Source of the DNA: Acidobacteriota bacterium
GTDB taxonomy: Bacteria; Acidobacteriota; Polarisedimenticolia; Gp22-AA2
DNA length: 64,000 nt
Direction of reading: 5' to 3'
Assembly (NCBI GenBank): GCA_041486695.1
Contig: JBGPLZ010000002.1
Location: 1,974 to 65,973 of the forward strand
Translations under genes and position numbers: made by a program
Notes under the pieces: generated by a model
Database searches by the model: none
The model's input: the letters and a program-made list of their open reading frames with translations, nothing else
What the model was told of the DNA's origin: nothing
Shown here: positions 1 to 9,514 of the stretch, one piece after another
Numbering within the stretch: the stretch's first letter is position 1
Layout of the letters: the number at the start of each line of letters is the position of its first letter

Positions 1-1876
1 CTGGCACGGCGTCGGGGGCGGCGAGGCGGGGTTCACGGCTCCGGATCCTTCCGACCCGAACATCGTCTACGCCGGTGAATACTTCGGGATCGTCACCCGT
101 TACGACCAGCGGACCGGGACGACGCGCAACGTCTCGATCTACCCCGACAACATGTCCGGCCATGGCGCGCAGGACAACCGCGTCCGCTTCCAGTGGACCG
201 CGCCGATCCTGGTCTCGCCCCACGACCCGAAAGTGGTCTACCACGCCGGCAACATCCTGTTCCGCACGACCGATGGCGGCCAGAGCTGGACGGCCATCAG
301 CCCCGACCTGACCCGCAACGATCGTTCGAAGCAGAAGTGGTCGGGCGGGCCGATCACCGGCGACAACACCGGCGTCGAGTGGTACTGCACCATCTTCGCC
401 GTGGCCGAGTCGGTGCGGCAGAAGGGGCTCATCTGGGCGGGCACCGACGACGGCCTGGTGCATCTCACGCGCGATGCGGGGGAGCACTGGACGAACCTCA
501 CCTCGAACATCAAGGGGATCCCCGAGTGGGGCACCGTGAGCCTCATCGAGCCTTCGCCCTTCGACGCCGGCACGGCCTACGTCGTGGTGGATGCGCATCG
601 CCTGGACGACATGCGGCCGTACCTCTGGAAGACCAGCGACTACGGCAAGACATGGAAGAGCCTGGCGGCCGGCCTCCCCAAGGACGTGCCGCTGCACGCG
701 GTGCGCGAGGACCCGAAGCACCGCGGCCTGCTCTATCTCGGGACGGAGCGGGGAGTCTCGTTCTCGCATGACGACGGCGCGACCTGGCAGGTGCTCGGAC
801 TGAACCTCCCGACCGTCGCCGTGCATGATCTCGTCGTGAAGGATAACGACCTGGTGCTCGCCACCCACGGCCGCGGCCTCTGGATCCTCGACGACGTGAC
901 GCCGATCCGCGACGGGTCGAAGGAGATCGCGGATCGCCCCGTTCACCTTTTCCCGCCGCCGCCGGCGATTCGCTGGGAGTATTCCTCCTCGTTCGGCGAG
1001 GACGGCTTGAGCGAGAATCCGCCGGAGGGGGCGGTCATCCGCTACGCGCTGAAGAAAGCCGTGGAGGGCGAGATCACCATGGAGATCCTCGACGCCGGCG
1101 GGGCGGTGGTGCGGACCTTCACGAGCACGAAGGAGCCTGCCGAGTTCGACGAGGACGACGCCGACGCTCCGGCGAAGCCCCGCAAGAAGCCGGTCCTGTC
1201 GACGGAGGCGGGCCTCCAGCAGGTCGCCTGGAACCTGGCGTACGACAGCGCCACGAAAATCAACAAGGCGAGAGCCGAGGGGAACCCCGAGGCGGCGCCG
1301 AGGGCGCTTCCCGGGACCTACAGCGTGCGGCTCAAGGCGGCAGGGCAGACGCTGCAGGCGCCTCTCGAGGTGCGCCCCGACCCGCGCCTGTCGCTGTCGC
1401 CGGCCGATCTGGAGGCGCAGCTCCGCTTCGCCCGGCAGGTGCAGGATGCGGTGAGCCGGCTGGCGGGCCTCGTCGGGCAGATCCGCTCCGTGCGCGAGCA
1501 ACTCAAGGTGAAGGGCGAAGCGCTCGCAGGCAACGCGCGCGCCGCCGACTGGACGAAGGCCGCCGGGGCCCTGATGGCGAAATGCGATGCGCTCGAGGAA
1601 AAACTTCACAACCCCAAGGCCGAGGTGGAGTACGACGTTCTGGCCAAGGGTGCGCGGCTCTATTCCCGCCTGAACCCGATGCTCGTCTTCGCGACCCAAG
1701 GCAGCGGCGCGCCCACCCAGGGGATGCGCGAGGTCTTCGCGGAAGAGAAGAAGGAGCTCGACGGCCTCGAGGCGGAATGGAAGGGGCTGATCGGCGGGGA
1801 TCTCGCCGCTCTGGGACGTAAGTCCCGGGAGCTCGATCTCGCGGACCTCGTGGTGCCCTCCACGGCGGCCAAGTGA
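1..1876 (+). CDS. BNR/Asp-box repeat (sortilin/Vps10-like) glycoside-hydrolase-like protein, 5'-truncated at the window edge
   Basis: The frame of ORF 152..1876 stays open back to base 2, so the gene starts upstream of the window. Repeated Asp-box motifs of the S-x-D-x-G-x-T/S-W type are present: TTDGGQSW, TRDAGEHW, TSDYGKTW, SHDDGATW. GC3-rich codon usage. Confidence 0.7.
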   Translation, partial: WHGVGGGEAGFTAPDPSDPNIVYAGEYFGIVTRYDQRTGTTRNVSIYPDNMSGHGAQDNRVRFQWTAPILVSPHDPKVVYHAGNILFRTTDGGQSWTAISPDLTRNDRSKQKWSGGPITGDNTGVEWYCTIFAVAESVRQKGLIWAGTDDGLVHLTRDAGEHWTNLTSNIKGIPEWGTVSLIEPSPFDAGTAYVVVDAHRLDDMRPYLWKTSDYGKTWKSLAAGLPKDVPLHAVREDPKHRGLLYLGTERGVSFSHDDGATWQVLGLNLPTVAVHDLVVKDNDLVLATHGRGLWILDDVTPIRDGSKEIADRPVHLFPPPPAIRWEYSSSFGEDGLSENPPEGAVIRYALKKAVEGEITMEILDAGGAVVRTFTSTKEPAEFDEDDADAPAKPRKKPVLSTEAGLQQVAWNLAYDSATKINKARAEGNPEAAPRALPGTYSVRLKAAGQTLQAPLEVRPDPRLSLSPADLEAQLRFARQVQDAVSRLAGLVGQIRSVREQLKVKGEALAGNARAADWTKAAGALMAKCDALEEKLHNPKAEVEYDVLAKGARLYSRLNPMLVFATQGSGAPTQGMREVFAEEKKELDGLEAEWKGLIGGDLAALGRKSRELDLADLVVPSTAAK

Positions 1877-3606
1877 CCCAGGCTCGCAGGCTGCGGATCG
1901 CCGTCGCGCTGAGCCTGCCGGCTTTCGTCGCGGCCTGCGCGGGTGGCGGTCCTCCGGAAGCGTGGGTCGACCTGGTGATCCACAACGCCCGGGTCTACAC
2001 CGCCGACCCGGCGCTCCCCCGGGCCGAGGCGATCGCGGTCCGCGATGGCCGCATCCTCCGCGTCGGCACGGAGGCCGAAATCCTCCCCCTGGCCTCGCCG
2101 AAGACCCGGGTTCTCGATGCCGGCGGACGGTTGGTCCTCCCCGGGTTCATCGACAGTCACAATCACATCACCTTCGGCTCGGACCCGGACGTGCTGCAGC
2201 TCGGGGACGCCCGCGCTCCCCGGGATCTCTTCTCGAGTCTCCGCCAGTTCGCCGCCTCCCATCCCGATCTGAGGTGGATCGAAGGCGAAGGGTGGAACTA
2301 CTCCATCTTCCCCGGGGGGACGCTGCCGACCTGGCGCGACCTCGAGGGCCTCACGGGCGACCGCCCGGCCTTCCTCGTCTCCTATGATGTCCACACCGTC
2401 TGGCTGAACCGCGCCGGGCTCAAGAAACTCGGCATCCGTCGAGGAACCGCGCGCCTGCCCTTCGGCGAGGTCGACACCGACTCGCGCACCGGCGAGCCGA
2501 CCGGCATCCTGAGGTCGTTCGCGACCATGGGGCTGTCGACCGAGGGGGAGGCCGCCCTTAGGAGGATCCTCCCCTCCGCCTCGACCGAGCGCCGCTACGC
2601 GCGCCTGAAGCTGAATCTGCAGATCGCGTCGCGCTACGGGATCACGACCATCGTCGAGCCGCAGGCCTTCCTCGAGGATCTGCCGCTCTTCACCCGCGCC
2701 CGCCAGGAGGGTCTCCTCCGGCCCCGCCTGCAGCTCGCCCTGTTCCATCCGCGCGGCACGTCCGAGGCGGTACTCGCCCGCTTCGACGAGGCCCGGCGGC
2801 AGTGGAACGACGACCACCTCCGGGTCGCCGCGATCAAGCTCTATATCGACGACGTGGTGGAGCCCCACACCGCCGCCCTCCTGCAGCCTTACAGCGACGC
2901 GCCGACGCTCAAGGGGGAGACCCTCTACCGTCCCGAGGAGTTCAAGGCGGTCGCGGCCCGTCTCGACCGGATGAAGTTTCAGATGTTCATCCACGCCATC
3001 GGCGATCGGGGGATCCGGGTGGCGCTCGATGCGCTGCAGTTCGCCCGGGAGCAGAACGGCTCGCGCGACAGCCGGCACGAGCTGATCCACATCGAGTGCC
3101 TGTCCCCGGATGACCTCCCGCGCTTCAAGGCGCTGGGAGTGATCGCCTGCATGCAACCGCGGCACTGCGCCCCTGACATCACGGGGAAGTGGGCCATGAA
3201 CATCGGGCCCGAGCGCTCCCGTTACGCCTGGGCGTTTCGCAGCTTGAAGGACGCCGGCGCCACCCTTGCCTTCGCCAGCGACTGGAACGTCGCCGAGATG
3301 GATCCTCTCGTCGGGATCTACACGGCGCTCACCCGCCAGGGGCTCGATGGCCAGCCGCCGGGAGGCTGGATCCCCGAGCAGACGATTGACCTCGAGACCG
3401 CGCTGCGCGCCTATACGATTCAGGGGGCCTACGCCAACTTCGTGGAGGGGAACCGGGGGTCGGTCACGGCCGGAAAGTACGCCGATCTGATCGTGCTGTC
3501 GGACGACCTGTTCACGCTGCCCCCGGAGAAAATCAAGGACGCGCGGGTGCTCCTGACCCTGGTCGGCGGGGACGAGGTCTATCGTTCGCCCGGCGCGACG
3601 TTCTAG
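1873..3606 (+). CDS. Amidohydrolase-family (YtcJ-like, amidohydrolase 3) lipoprotein
   Basis: GTG start overlaps the upstream stop (GTGA). Signal peptide with lipobox (LPAFVAACAGG). Metal-binding HxH motif GFIDSHNHI. Length (577 aa) and C-terminal region are typical of the family. Confidence 0.8.
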   Translation: MTQARRLRIAVALSLPAFVAACAGGGPPEAWVDLVIHNARVYTADPALPRAEAIAVRDGRILRVGTEAEILPLASPKTRVLDAGGRLVLPGFIDSHNHITFGSDPDVLQLGDARAPRDLFSSLRQFAASHPDLRWIEGEGWNYSIFPGGTLPTWRDLEGLTGDRPAFLVSYDVHTVWLNRAGLKKLGIRRGTARLPFGEVDTDSRTGEPTGILRSFATMGLSTEGEAALRRILPSASTERRYARLKLNLQIASRYGITTIVEPQAFLEDLPLFTRARQEGLLRPRLQLALFHPRGTSEAVLARFDEARRQWNDDHLRVAAIKLYIDDVVEPHTAALLQPYSDAPTLKGETLYRPEEFKAVAARLDRMKFQMFIHAIGDRGIRVALDALQFAREQNGSRDSRHELIHIECLSPDDLPRFKALGVIACMQPRHCAPDITGKWAMNIGPERSRYAWAFRSLKDAGATLAFASDWNVAEMDPLVGIYTALTRQGLDGQPPGGWIPEQTIDLETALRAYTIQGAYANFVEGNRGSVTAGKYADLIVLSDDLFTLPPEKIKDARVLLTLVGGDEVYRSPGATF

Positions 3607-3630
3607 GCGTCCGGCTTACCGGGGCGGAAC

Positions 3631-5235
3631 GTGGGCGGACGATACGATGTCGTGATCGTGGGGGCGGGACACAACGGCCTCGTGGCCGCCGCCTATCTCG
3701 CAGGGGCGGGGCTTCGGACCCTGGTCCTCGAACGCCGGCCGCTCGTCGGCGGCGCCTGCGTCACCGAAGAACTGATCCCGGGTTATCGCTTTTCGACCGC
3801 CTCCTACGTCTGCTCGCTGCTCAGGCCCGAGATCATCGCCGATCTTGGTCTTCGCGAGCATGGCTTTGAGATGCTGCCCTGCCGGGCCTCGTTCACGGCC
3901 TTCCCGGACGGGCGCGCGCTTCTCCTCGGCCTCGACGCGGAGGAGGACGCGCGGCAGATCGCCCGCTTCTCTAATAAGGATGCGGAGGCCTACCCCCGCT
4001 TCAACGCCGCCCTGGCCCGCCTCGCCGATGTCATCCGGCCGACCCTCGCCATGACTCCGCCCGACCCTGCGGCGCCCGGCATGGGCGACCTGCTGCGGCT
4101 GCTGCGCCTGGGCAACCGATTCCGCCGGCTGCCGCGTCCCGATCAGACGCTCCTCATGAAGATGATGACGATGAGCTGCGCCGCGCTCCTGGACGAGTGG
4201 TTCGAGTCGAGCGAGCTCCGAGCCAGCCTGGGCCCCACCAGCACGATTGGAACCTACGGCAGCCCGAGGACCCCGGGGACCGCGTTCATCCTGCTGCATT
4301 ATTACCTCGGCGAGGCGAACGGCTCACCCGGCTCGTGGGGGTTCGTGCGGGGCGGCATGGGAGGGCTCGCCGAGGCGCTGGCCGCCGCGGCCCGCTCGCG
4401 CGGGACGGAGATCAGGGTCGGTGGAGCCGTCGAGCGGATCCTGGTGAAGGGCGGTTCGGCGCGCGGCGTCGTCCTCGAAGGCGGCGAGGAGATCGAGGGC
4501 CGCGTCATCGTTTCCAACGCCGACCCGAAGCGGACCTTCCTGCGCCTCGTCGACCGCGCCGATCTGCCCCCCGAGTTCGTACGCGGGATCGAGACGTTCC
4601 GCTGCGCCGGCAACTCGGCCAAGATCAACCTGGCCGTCTCGGAGCTCCCCGATTTCACCGCGCGGCCCGGAGACGGGCCCCATCTGCGCGGGTCGATCCA
4701 GATCTGCGGGGCGGACGAGAGTTACCTCGAGGCGGCCTTCGATGATTTCAAGGCCGGGCGCCCCTCGCGCAGGCCGTATCTGGAGGTCACGATCCCGTCC
4801 ACGGTCGACGATACGCTCGCTCCTCCCGGACATCACGTGATGTCGATCTCGATGAAGTTCGTGCCGTACCGTCCGGCCACGGGGGACTGGGAGTCGCGCC
4901 GGGAGGAGCTGGGAGATCTGGCGATCGACACGCTCGCCGCCTGCGCTTCGAACTTCCGTCGATCGATACTGTTCCGGCAGGTTCTGACGCCGCGCGATCT
5001 CGAGGCGAGGTTTGGCCTGACCGGCGGGAACATCGGCCATGGCGACATGGCGCTCGACCAACTCTTCGCCATGCGGCCGCTTCTGGGGTGGGCCCGTTAC
5101 CGCACGCCGATCGGCGGTCTCTATCTGTGCGGGGCGGGCACGCATCCCGGTGGAGGGGTGATGGGCGCCTGCGGCCGGAACGCGGCCCGCGAGATTCTCG
5201 TCGACCTGCGCCGCGGCCGGCTCGGGAATTTCTAG
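3631..5235 (+). CDS. Phytoene-desaturase-family NAD(P)/FAD-dependent oxidoreductase (CrtI-like)
   Basis: N-terminal Rossmann dinucleotide motif DVVIVGAGHNGLVAAAYLA. At 534 aa the length fits CrtI-like amine-oxidase-fold proteins. Confidence 0.75.
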   Translation: MGGRYDVVIVGAGHNGLVAAAYLAGAGLRTLVLERRPLVGGACVTEELIPGYRFSTASYVCSLLRPEIIADLGLREHGFEMLPCRASFTAFPDGRALLLGLDAEEDARQIARFSNKDAEAYPRFNAALARLADVIRPTLAMTPPDPAAPGMGDLLRLLRLGNRFRRLPRPDQTLLMKMMTMSCAALLDEWFESSELRASLGPTSTIGTYGSPRTPGTAFILLHYYLGEANGSPGSWGFVRGGMGGLAEALAAAARSRGTEIRVGGAVERILVKGGSARGVVLEGGEEIEGRVIVSNADPKRTFLRLVDRADLPPEFVRGIETFRCAGNSAKINLAVSELPDFTARPGDGPHLRGSIQICGADESYLEAAFDDFKAGRPSRRPYLEVTIPSTVDDTLAPPGHHVMSISMKFVPYRPATGDWESRREELGDLAIDTLAACASNFRRSILFRQVLTPRDLEARFGLTGGNIGHGDMALDQLFAMRPLLGWARYRTPIGGLYLCGAGTHPGGGVMGACGRNAAREILVDLRRGRLGNF

Positions 5236-5257
5236 ACCCGCGCCCCGATCAGCTCGG

Positions 5258-6229
5258 TCACGGTCGCGTCCGCCCCGCGGGCTTACCCCGCGCCGCGCGC
5301 AGGCAGAGGAATTCGAGGGCGATGGTCGCCCCGGCGAGGGCGGTGATCTCGCCGACGTCGTAGGCCGGCGCGACCTCGGTGACGTCGCCGCCGACGAAGT
5401 CCACGTCCAGCAGGCCGCGCACGATCTCCAGGGCGAGATGGGTCGGCAGCCCGCCGACCACCGGTGTGCCGGTGCCGGGCGCGGCGCTCGTGTCGAGACA
5501 GTCGATATCGAAGGTGAAATAGGCCTTGCTGGTCCCGACGATCGTCTTGATCTCGGAGATGATCGTCTCCGGTGGCGATTTGAGCACCTGCCGGGCGTCC
5601 AGGATCGTGAAGCCGCAGGTCTCGGGGTTGTGGGTGCGGATGCCGATCTGCACCGACCGGCGCGGGTCGACCAGTCCTTCCTGGACGGCGTGGAAGAACA
5701 TCGTCCCGTGGTCGATCCGGCCCGGCTCGTCACGCCAGGTGTCGGAGTGGGCGTCGAAATGTACCAGAGCGAGGGGGCCATGGACGCGGGCATGGGCGCG
5801 CAACAGCGGCAGCGAGATGAAGTGGTCGCCGCCGAGGCTCAGGAGGAAGACGCCGGCGTCGAGGATGGCCCTGGCGTGGGCTTCGATCGCCTCCGGGATC
5901 CGCTCGGGGCGCCCGGAGTCGAAATAGCAGTCGCCGTAGTCGATGACCGCGAGCCGATCGAACGGGTTGAAGGTCCACGGATACGGCTGGCCCCAGGCGA
6001 GCTGCGCCGAGGCCTTGCGGATCGCCGCCGGGCCGAAGCGCGCCCCGGGGCGGTTGCTGGTCGCGAGGTCGAGCGGCACACCGCAAACCGCGACGTCGAC
6101 GCCCGTCAGGTCGCGCGTATAGCGGCGCCGCATGAAGCTGAGCGCGCCCGAATAGGTCGGCTCCACCACGGTGCCGTAGGGGCCCGGCGCGGTGAAGGCG
6201 TGGTCGCCCGGAGTCTCGGACAAGCTCAT
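5258..6229 (-). CDS. Arginase-family ureohydrolase, most like agmatinase (possibly speB or a guanidino-acid hydrolase)
   Basis: Binuclear Mn-site motifs of the arginase/agmatinase family: GGDHFISLP, HFDAHSDTW, FDIDCLD. I placed the start at the internal ATG at 6229, which has a G-rich Shine-Dalgarno (GGGGGG) 6 nt upstream; the ORF track extends to 6298. Confidence 0.75.
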   Translation of the reverse strand: MSLSETPGDHAFTAPGPYGTVVEPTYSGALSFMRRRYTRDLTGVDVAVCGVPLDLATSNRPGARFGPAAIRKASAQLAWGQPYPWTFNPFDRLAVIDYGDCYFDSGRPERIPEAIEAHARAILDAGVFLLSLGGDHFISLPLLRAHARVHGPLALVHFDAHSDTWRDEPGRIDHGTMFFHAVQEGLVDPRRSVQIGIRTHNPETCGFTILDARQVLKSPPETIISEIKTIVGTSKAYFTFDIDCLDTSAAPGTGTPVVGGLPTHLALEIVRGLLDVDFVGGDVTEVAPAYDVGEITALAGATIALEFLCLRAARGKPAGRTRP

Positions 6230-6344
6230 CCCCCCGTTTCGACGAAATATACCATGCCGGTCCCCGCGCTCTGAAGGGCCTGGTGGAACGAAACGCATTG
6301 ACCGGATCCTTGCCGTCCCCCCGGCCGGCGCCTAGATTGAATGC

Positions 6345-6617
6345 ATGATCAATAAGAAGTCGGGTGGTGGTGTCGGTTTCGTCATCGTGGTCGTGGCGCT
6401 GGTGGTCGTCATGCTGCTCGCCGCCAAGGCTTGGAACGCGATGCTCCCGGCGGTTCAGGCGTTGAAGCCGGGCGTCCCGGGCAGCGTGCCGGACCACGGG
6501 CAGACTGAGGTGGGAGATGCGATTCGCTCCGGCACCCTCCCCAACCTCAAGCAGATGAACCAGAACACCGACCAGCATATCCAGCAGATGAAGGAAGGCT
6601 CCAAGGGGCAGGACTGA
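6345..6617 (+). CDS. Hypothetical small single-pass membrane protein
   Basis: 90-aa ORF with one strongly hydrophobic helix (GFVIVVVALVVVMLLAA) and GC3-biased codons. No recognisable family motif. Confidence 0.4.
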   Translation: MINKKSGGGVGFVIVVVALVVVMLLAAKAWNAMLPAVQALKPGVPGSVPDHGQTEVGDAIRSGTLPNLKQMNQNTDQHIQQMKEGSKGQD

Positions 6618-6683
6618 CGCTCTGCGGGTTTTTGTCAGGCCCGGAGAATCGGGATAAGCTCATCGTCCGGAGGTTCGAGCGAC

Positions 6684-8951
6684 ATGAGCGAAACCGATCG
6701 TCAGGACGCCGGTGGTGCCCCGCATAGAGCGTTTCTCATCCTGCTCGGCGCGATCCTGGTGGCCGGCATCGCCATCGGCCTCTACCTCACCCGCTTCCAT
6801 GAAATCGAGATGTACGGGGATCAGTCGGCGACCCTGAGCAACTGCCCCCGGACCGAGACCACCAACTGCGAGGTCGTCAACACCAGCGGCCCCTCCGAGA
6901 TCGCCGGAGTCCCGATCTCGGCGTTCGCCATCCCGACTTACCTAATGTTGCTCATCATGGTCGCGCGGGCCCGGCGCCGTCCGCGGCTGCTGGCGATCGT
7001 CCTCGCCATCGGGCTGCTGACGCTGCTCTACTCCGCCTATCTTCTTTATGTCTCCAAGATCGTCATCGGGTACCTCTGCGCCTGGTGCTTCCGCCTCTAC
7101 ATGATCAATGCCGGCATTCCGCTCCTCGCCGCTCTCGCGGCCCGGCGCAGCCCGGTTCGGATGCTGAAGGAGGCGTTCGAGGATCTCCGGCGGATGGTTC
7201 CCGAGGTGCGCCGCGCGTCTTTAATCTTCGGGTCTTTTCTGATCGCCACGGTGGCGATCGATCAGATCTACCGATCCGGCTTGACCCGGATCGCTCCGGG
7301 CTCCCGGTCTCTCGAGGCGCCGGCTCCCGGCACCGAGGGCGTCGTCGAACCGGAGGCCGGGGCCGTGGTCGAGCCGGGGAACGAGGCCGTCCCGGCGCAG
7401 GCCCCCGCGACCACCACCGCACCGACGAAACCGATCAAGCCAGCCACGCCGGTGGTGAAGACGAACCCGGCCGCGCCGGCCGGGCCACCGGTGCGGACCG
7501 GCGCCTTCGTCGTGCCGGGTCCGCTGAAACTGATCGAGGCGGGCCAGGGGCAGGTGCGGGAGTCGAGCTTCGATCTCAAGGGCCGGATCGGACGGGGAAG
7601 GCCGGTGGCGCTCCTGTTCTGGGCCCCCGGCTATCCACTTTCGGAGGAGGCGCTGGTCGCCATGACCCGATTCCTGGCGCAGCAGGCGCCGCAGTACGAG
7701 CTTTTCGCCGTCGCGGGGAAGCGGGATGATCAACGCCTCGAGATGATCTGGGAGGCCTTCTCGCTTCTGGAGGTTCCCCCCTCGCTGCCGCTTCTGATCG
7801 ACGAAGGGTTCGCCGTGTCGAAGCAGCTCGAGGTGACCGACGTGCCGGACCTCGTCCTGATCGACGACGCGGGGAATCTCGTCACCACCAAGGTCAAGGG
7901 GCTGAACCAGGTCGTGACGGCCGCGCCGGAGAACCTCGCTGCCGGTGAGCTGATCCGGCGGGTCGCGCGTGGCACGCCGGTGACCCCTCTCGCCGATCCG
8001 CCGCCGTACTATCCGGCGACCGGGCTGTACGGCCATTGCGCACCGGAGTTCTCCCTTCCGGACCTCTCCGGCGCGCGCGATGTCGCGTTCCACGATCGAA
8101 CGACGAACGGCAAGCCGACCCTGCTGATGTTCTGGTCGGCCACCTGCAAGCATTGCCAGAAGGAGATCCCGCAACTTCTGAATTACGTCCGGGCCCACCC
8201 CGGGGAGTTCAACGTCGTCTCGGTCGCTCTCATCAAGCCCGATCGCCCCGACGGCACATCACATCGCCGGATCACCGAGGCCTACGTCCGCAGCAACGGC
8301 ATTCCCTGGCCGGTCCTCGACGATTCGAGCGGCTTCGCGGCCGACCTGTACAAGGTCGTGTCGACCCCCACCACGTTCCTGCTGACGCCCGGAGGCGCGA
8401 TCGCCGGCGCGTGGTATCACCCGCACGAGGACATCGCCGCGGCGATCCGGGAAGCGATGTCCCGGCTGACGGCGATGCGCGCCGATTGCCTCCCGGCTCC
8501 TCCCGACCAGGTCTCCCAGGTGTCGTTCTCCACGCTCGACCCGGGCGGGCAGAAAGTGACGCTCGCGTCCCTCGCCGACCGTCCGGCGATCGTCCACTTC
8601 TGGGCGACCTGGTGCGTTCCGTGCCAGACGGAGCTCCCCGAGCTGCTGCGATTCCGTGACCGGTTCGAGAAGGAGGGGGGGCGGCTCGTTCTGGTCTCGG
8701 TCGAGGATGCGCCGGCCGGCTCGAAAATCCAGGAGTTCGGGTCGCGCTTCGACCCTCGGTTCTCGAGCCTCCGCGCTCCTCAGGGCGGTCTTGCCGACCG
8801 GCTGAACCTCGCCTATTCGGTTCCGCGCACCCTCCTCGTCGGCAAGGGCGGTCGGGTGCTGCGGACCTTCTACGGCGCCCAGAAGTGGGACGACTCCGTC
8901 TTCCGGGAGAACCTCAGGACGCTCCTCCAGCTGCCGCGCTCCACCGGCTGA
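6684..8951 (+). CDS. Vitamin K epoxide reductase (VKOR) domain fused to two TlpA/redoxin-like thioredoxin domains (disulfide-bond formation or periplasmic thiol-disulfide oxidoreductase)
   Basis: The N-terminal polytopic region carries the VKOR CXXC motif (YLCAWCFRLY). A Pro/Ala-rich linker follows. Two thioredoxin-fold redoxin active sites are present: WSATCKHCQKEIP and WATWCVPCQTELP. Confidence 0.7.
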   Translation: MSETDRQDAGGAPHRAFLILLGAILVAGIAIGLYLTRFHEIEMYGDQSATLSNCPRTETTNCEVVNTSGPSEIAGVPISAFAIPTYLMLLIMVARARRRPRLLAIVLAIGLLTLLYSAYLLYVSKIVIGYLCAWCFRLYMINAGIPLLAALAARRSPVRMLKEAFEDLRRMVPEVRRASLIFGSFLIATVAIDQIYRSGLTRIAPGSRSLEAPAPGTEGVVEPEAGAVVEPGNEAVPAQAPATTTAPTKPIKPATPVVKTNPAAPAGPPVRTGAFVVPGPLKLIEAGQGQVRESSFDLKGRIGRGRPVALLFWAPGYPLSEEALVAMTRFLAQQAPQYELFAVAGKRDDQRLEMIWEAFSLLEVPPSLPLLIDEGFAVSKQLEVTDVPDLVLIDDAGNLVTTKVKGLNQVVTAAPENLAAGELIRRVARGTPVTPLADPPPYYPATGLYGHCAPEFSLPDLSGARDVAFHDRTTNGKPTLLMFWSATCKHCQKEIPQLLNYVRAHPGEFNVVSVALIKPDRPDGTSHRRITEAYVRSNGIPWPVLDDSSGFAADLYKVVSTPTTFLLTPGGAIAGAWYHPHEDIAAAIREAMSRLTAMRADCLPAPPDQVSQVSFSTLDPGGQKVTLASLADRPAIVHFWATWCVPCQTELPELLRFRDRFEKEGGRLVLVSVEDAPAGSKIQEFGSRFDPRFSSLRAPQGGLADRLNLAYSVPRTLLVGKGGRVLRTFYGAQKWDDSVFRENLRTLLQLPRSTG

Positions 8952-9024
8952 CGCCGACAGTCGGCCGTCCGGTGTGCTATGATGCGCGGCGGTCAAGGGC
9001 GCTCGTTGCCCGCGGAGGCCGGCT

Positions 9025-9261
9025 TTGGCAAAAAACCCGGATGAATTCCAAGTCAACGAGCGCGTCCGCCACGAGATGTACGGCTTGGGAACGATCCTGG
9101 AGGTCGGCCCCCGGACGACGACCATCGAGTTCGATTCCCAGGGCCGCCGCAAGTTCGTGACCAGCATGCTGCGCCTCGAGCGCAGCACCGAGGCGGCCCC
9201 GGCCCCACCCCCCAGGAAGCCACGCGCCAAGAAGGCTCCCGCCAAAAAGGCCACGGCCTAG
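9025..9261 (+). CDS. Small DUF3553-like protein with a Lys/Ala/Pro-rich basic C-terminal tail
   Basis: TTG start in the track. The N-terminal ~45 aa (V.H..YG.GT.L.V......EFD..G..KF) resembles the small UvrD-C-like DUF3553 fold. The tail PRKPRAKKAPAKKATA is histone-H1-like. Confidence 0.4.
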   Translation: MAKNPDEFQVNERVRHEMYGLGTILEVGPRTTTIEFDSQGRRKFVTSMLRLERSTEAAPAPPPRKPRAKKAPAKKATA

Positions 9262-9314
9262 CCCGGTTAGAAATCCGGTCTGGTTCCAATGCCGGTTAGT
9301 TGAGGCCACGCTTC

Positions 9315-9390
9315 GCACGCATAAGGGCTTTTCCGTCAGCCTCGGGTTCGACATCGGGTGGGGGAACCGGGCGGGGGCCCCGGTTGCGGG
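9315..9390. repeat. Intergenic repeat copy A (short form) of a three-copy element
   Basis: GCACGCATAAGGGCTTTTCCGTCAGCCTCGGGTTCGACATCGGGTGGGGGAACCGGGCGGGGGCCCCGGTTGCGG. It shares the core ...CCGTCAGCCTCG(G/A)GT(T/G)CGACATCGGG(C/T)GGGGGA.CCGGG... with copies at ~19.5 kb and ~22.1 kb but lacks their ~33-bp internal insert. It contains an imperfect inverted repeat (AACCGGG..CCCGGTT). Confidence 0.6.
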
Positions 9391-9514
9391 TTCAGGTCCC
9401 AGCGGGCGACTTCCTGGTCGGCGGGCGGTTGGGGCGCGCAGCCCGTGATGAGCACCAGCCGGCGAGGGGCGATTGAATCCCCATACTTCCTCCAGTGTAT
9501 AGTTTGGCGCGATC

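Noticed and set aside
1660-3165. 501-aa ORF antisense to the amidohydrolase gene
   Set aside because: Arg/Gly/Pro/Ala-rich low-complexity translation, typical of the antisense frame of a GC3-rich gene. The + strand carries clear amidohydrolase motifs (DSHNHI).
4324-5793. 489-aa ORF antisense to the CrtI-like oxidoreductase and agmatinase region
   Set aside because: Same antisense low-complexity composition with no motifs. The opposite-strand genes have family signatures.
9281-9400. Possible tRNA-like or riboswitch element within intergenic repeat A (the GGTTCGAC segment resembles a T-arm)
   Set aside because: No cloverleaf can be drawn: there is no acceptor stem and no anticodon arm. The same core recurs in the other copies, so it is better explained as a repeat family. 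Only the repeat is reported.
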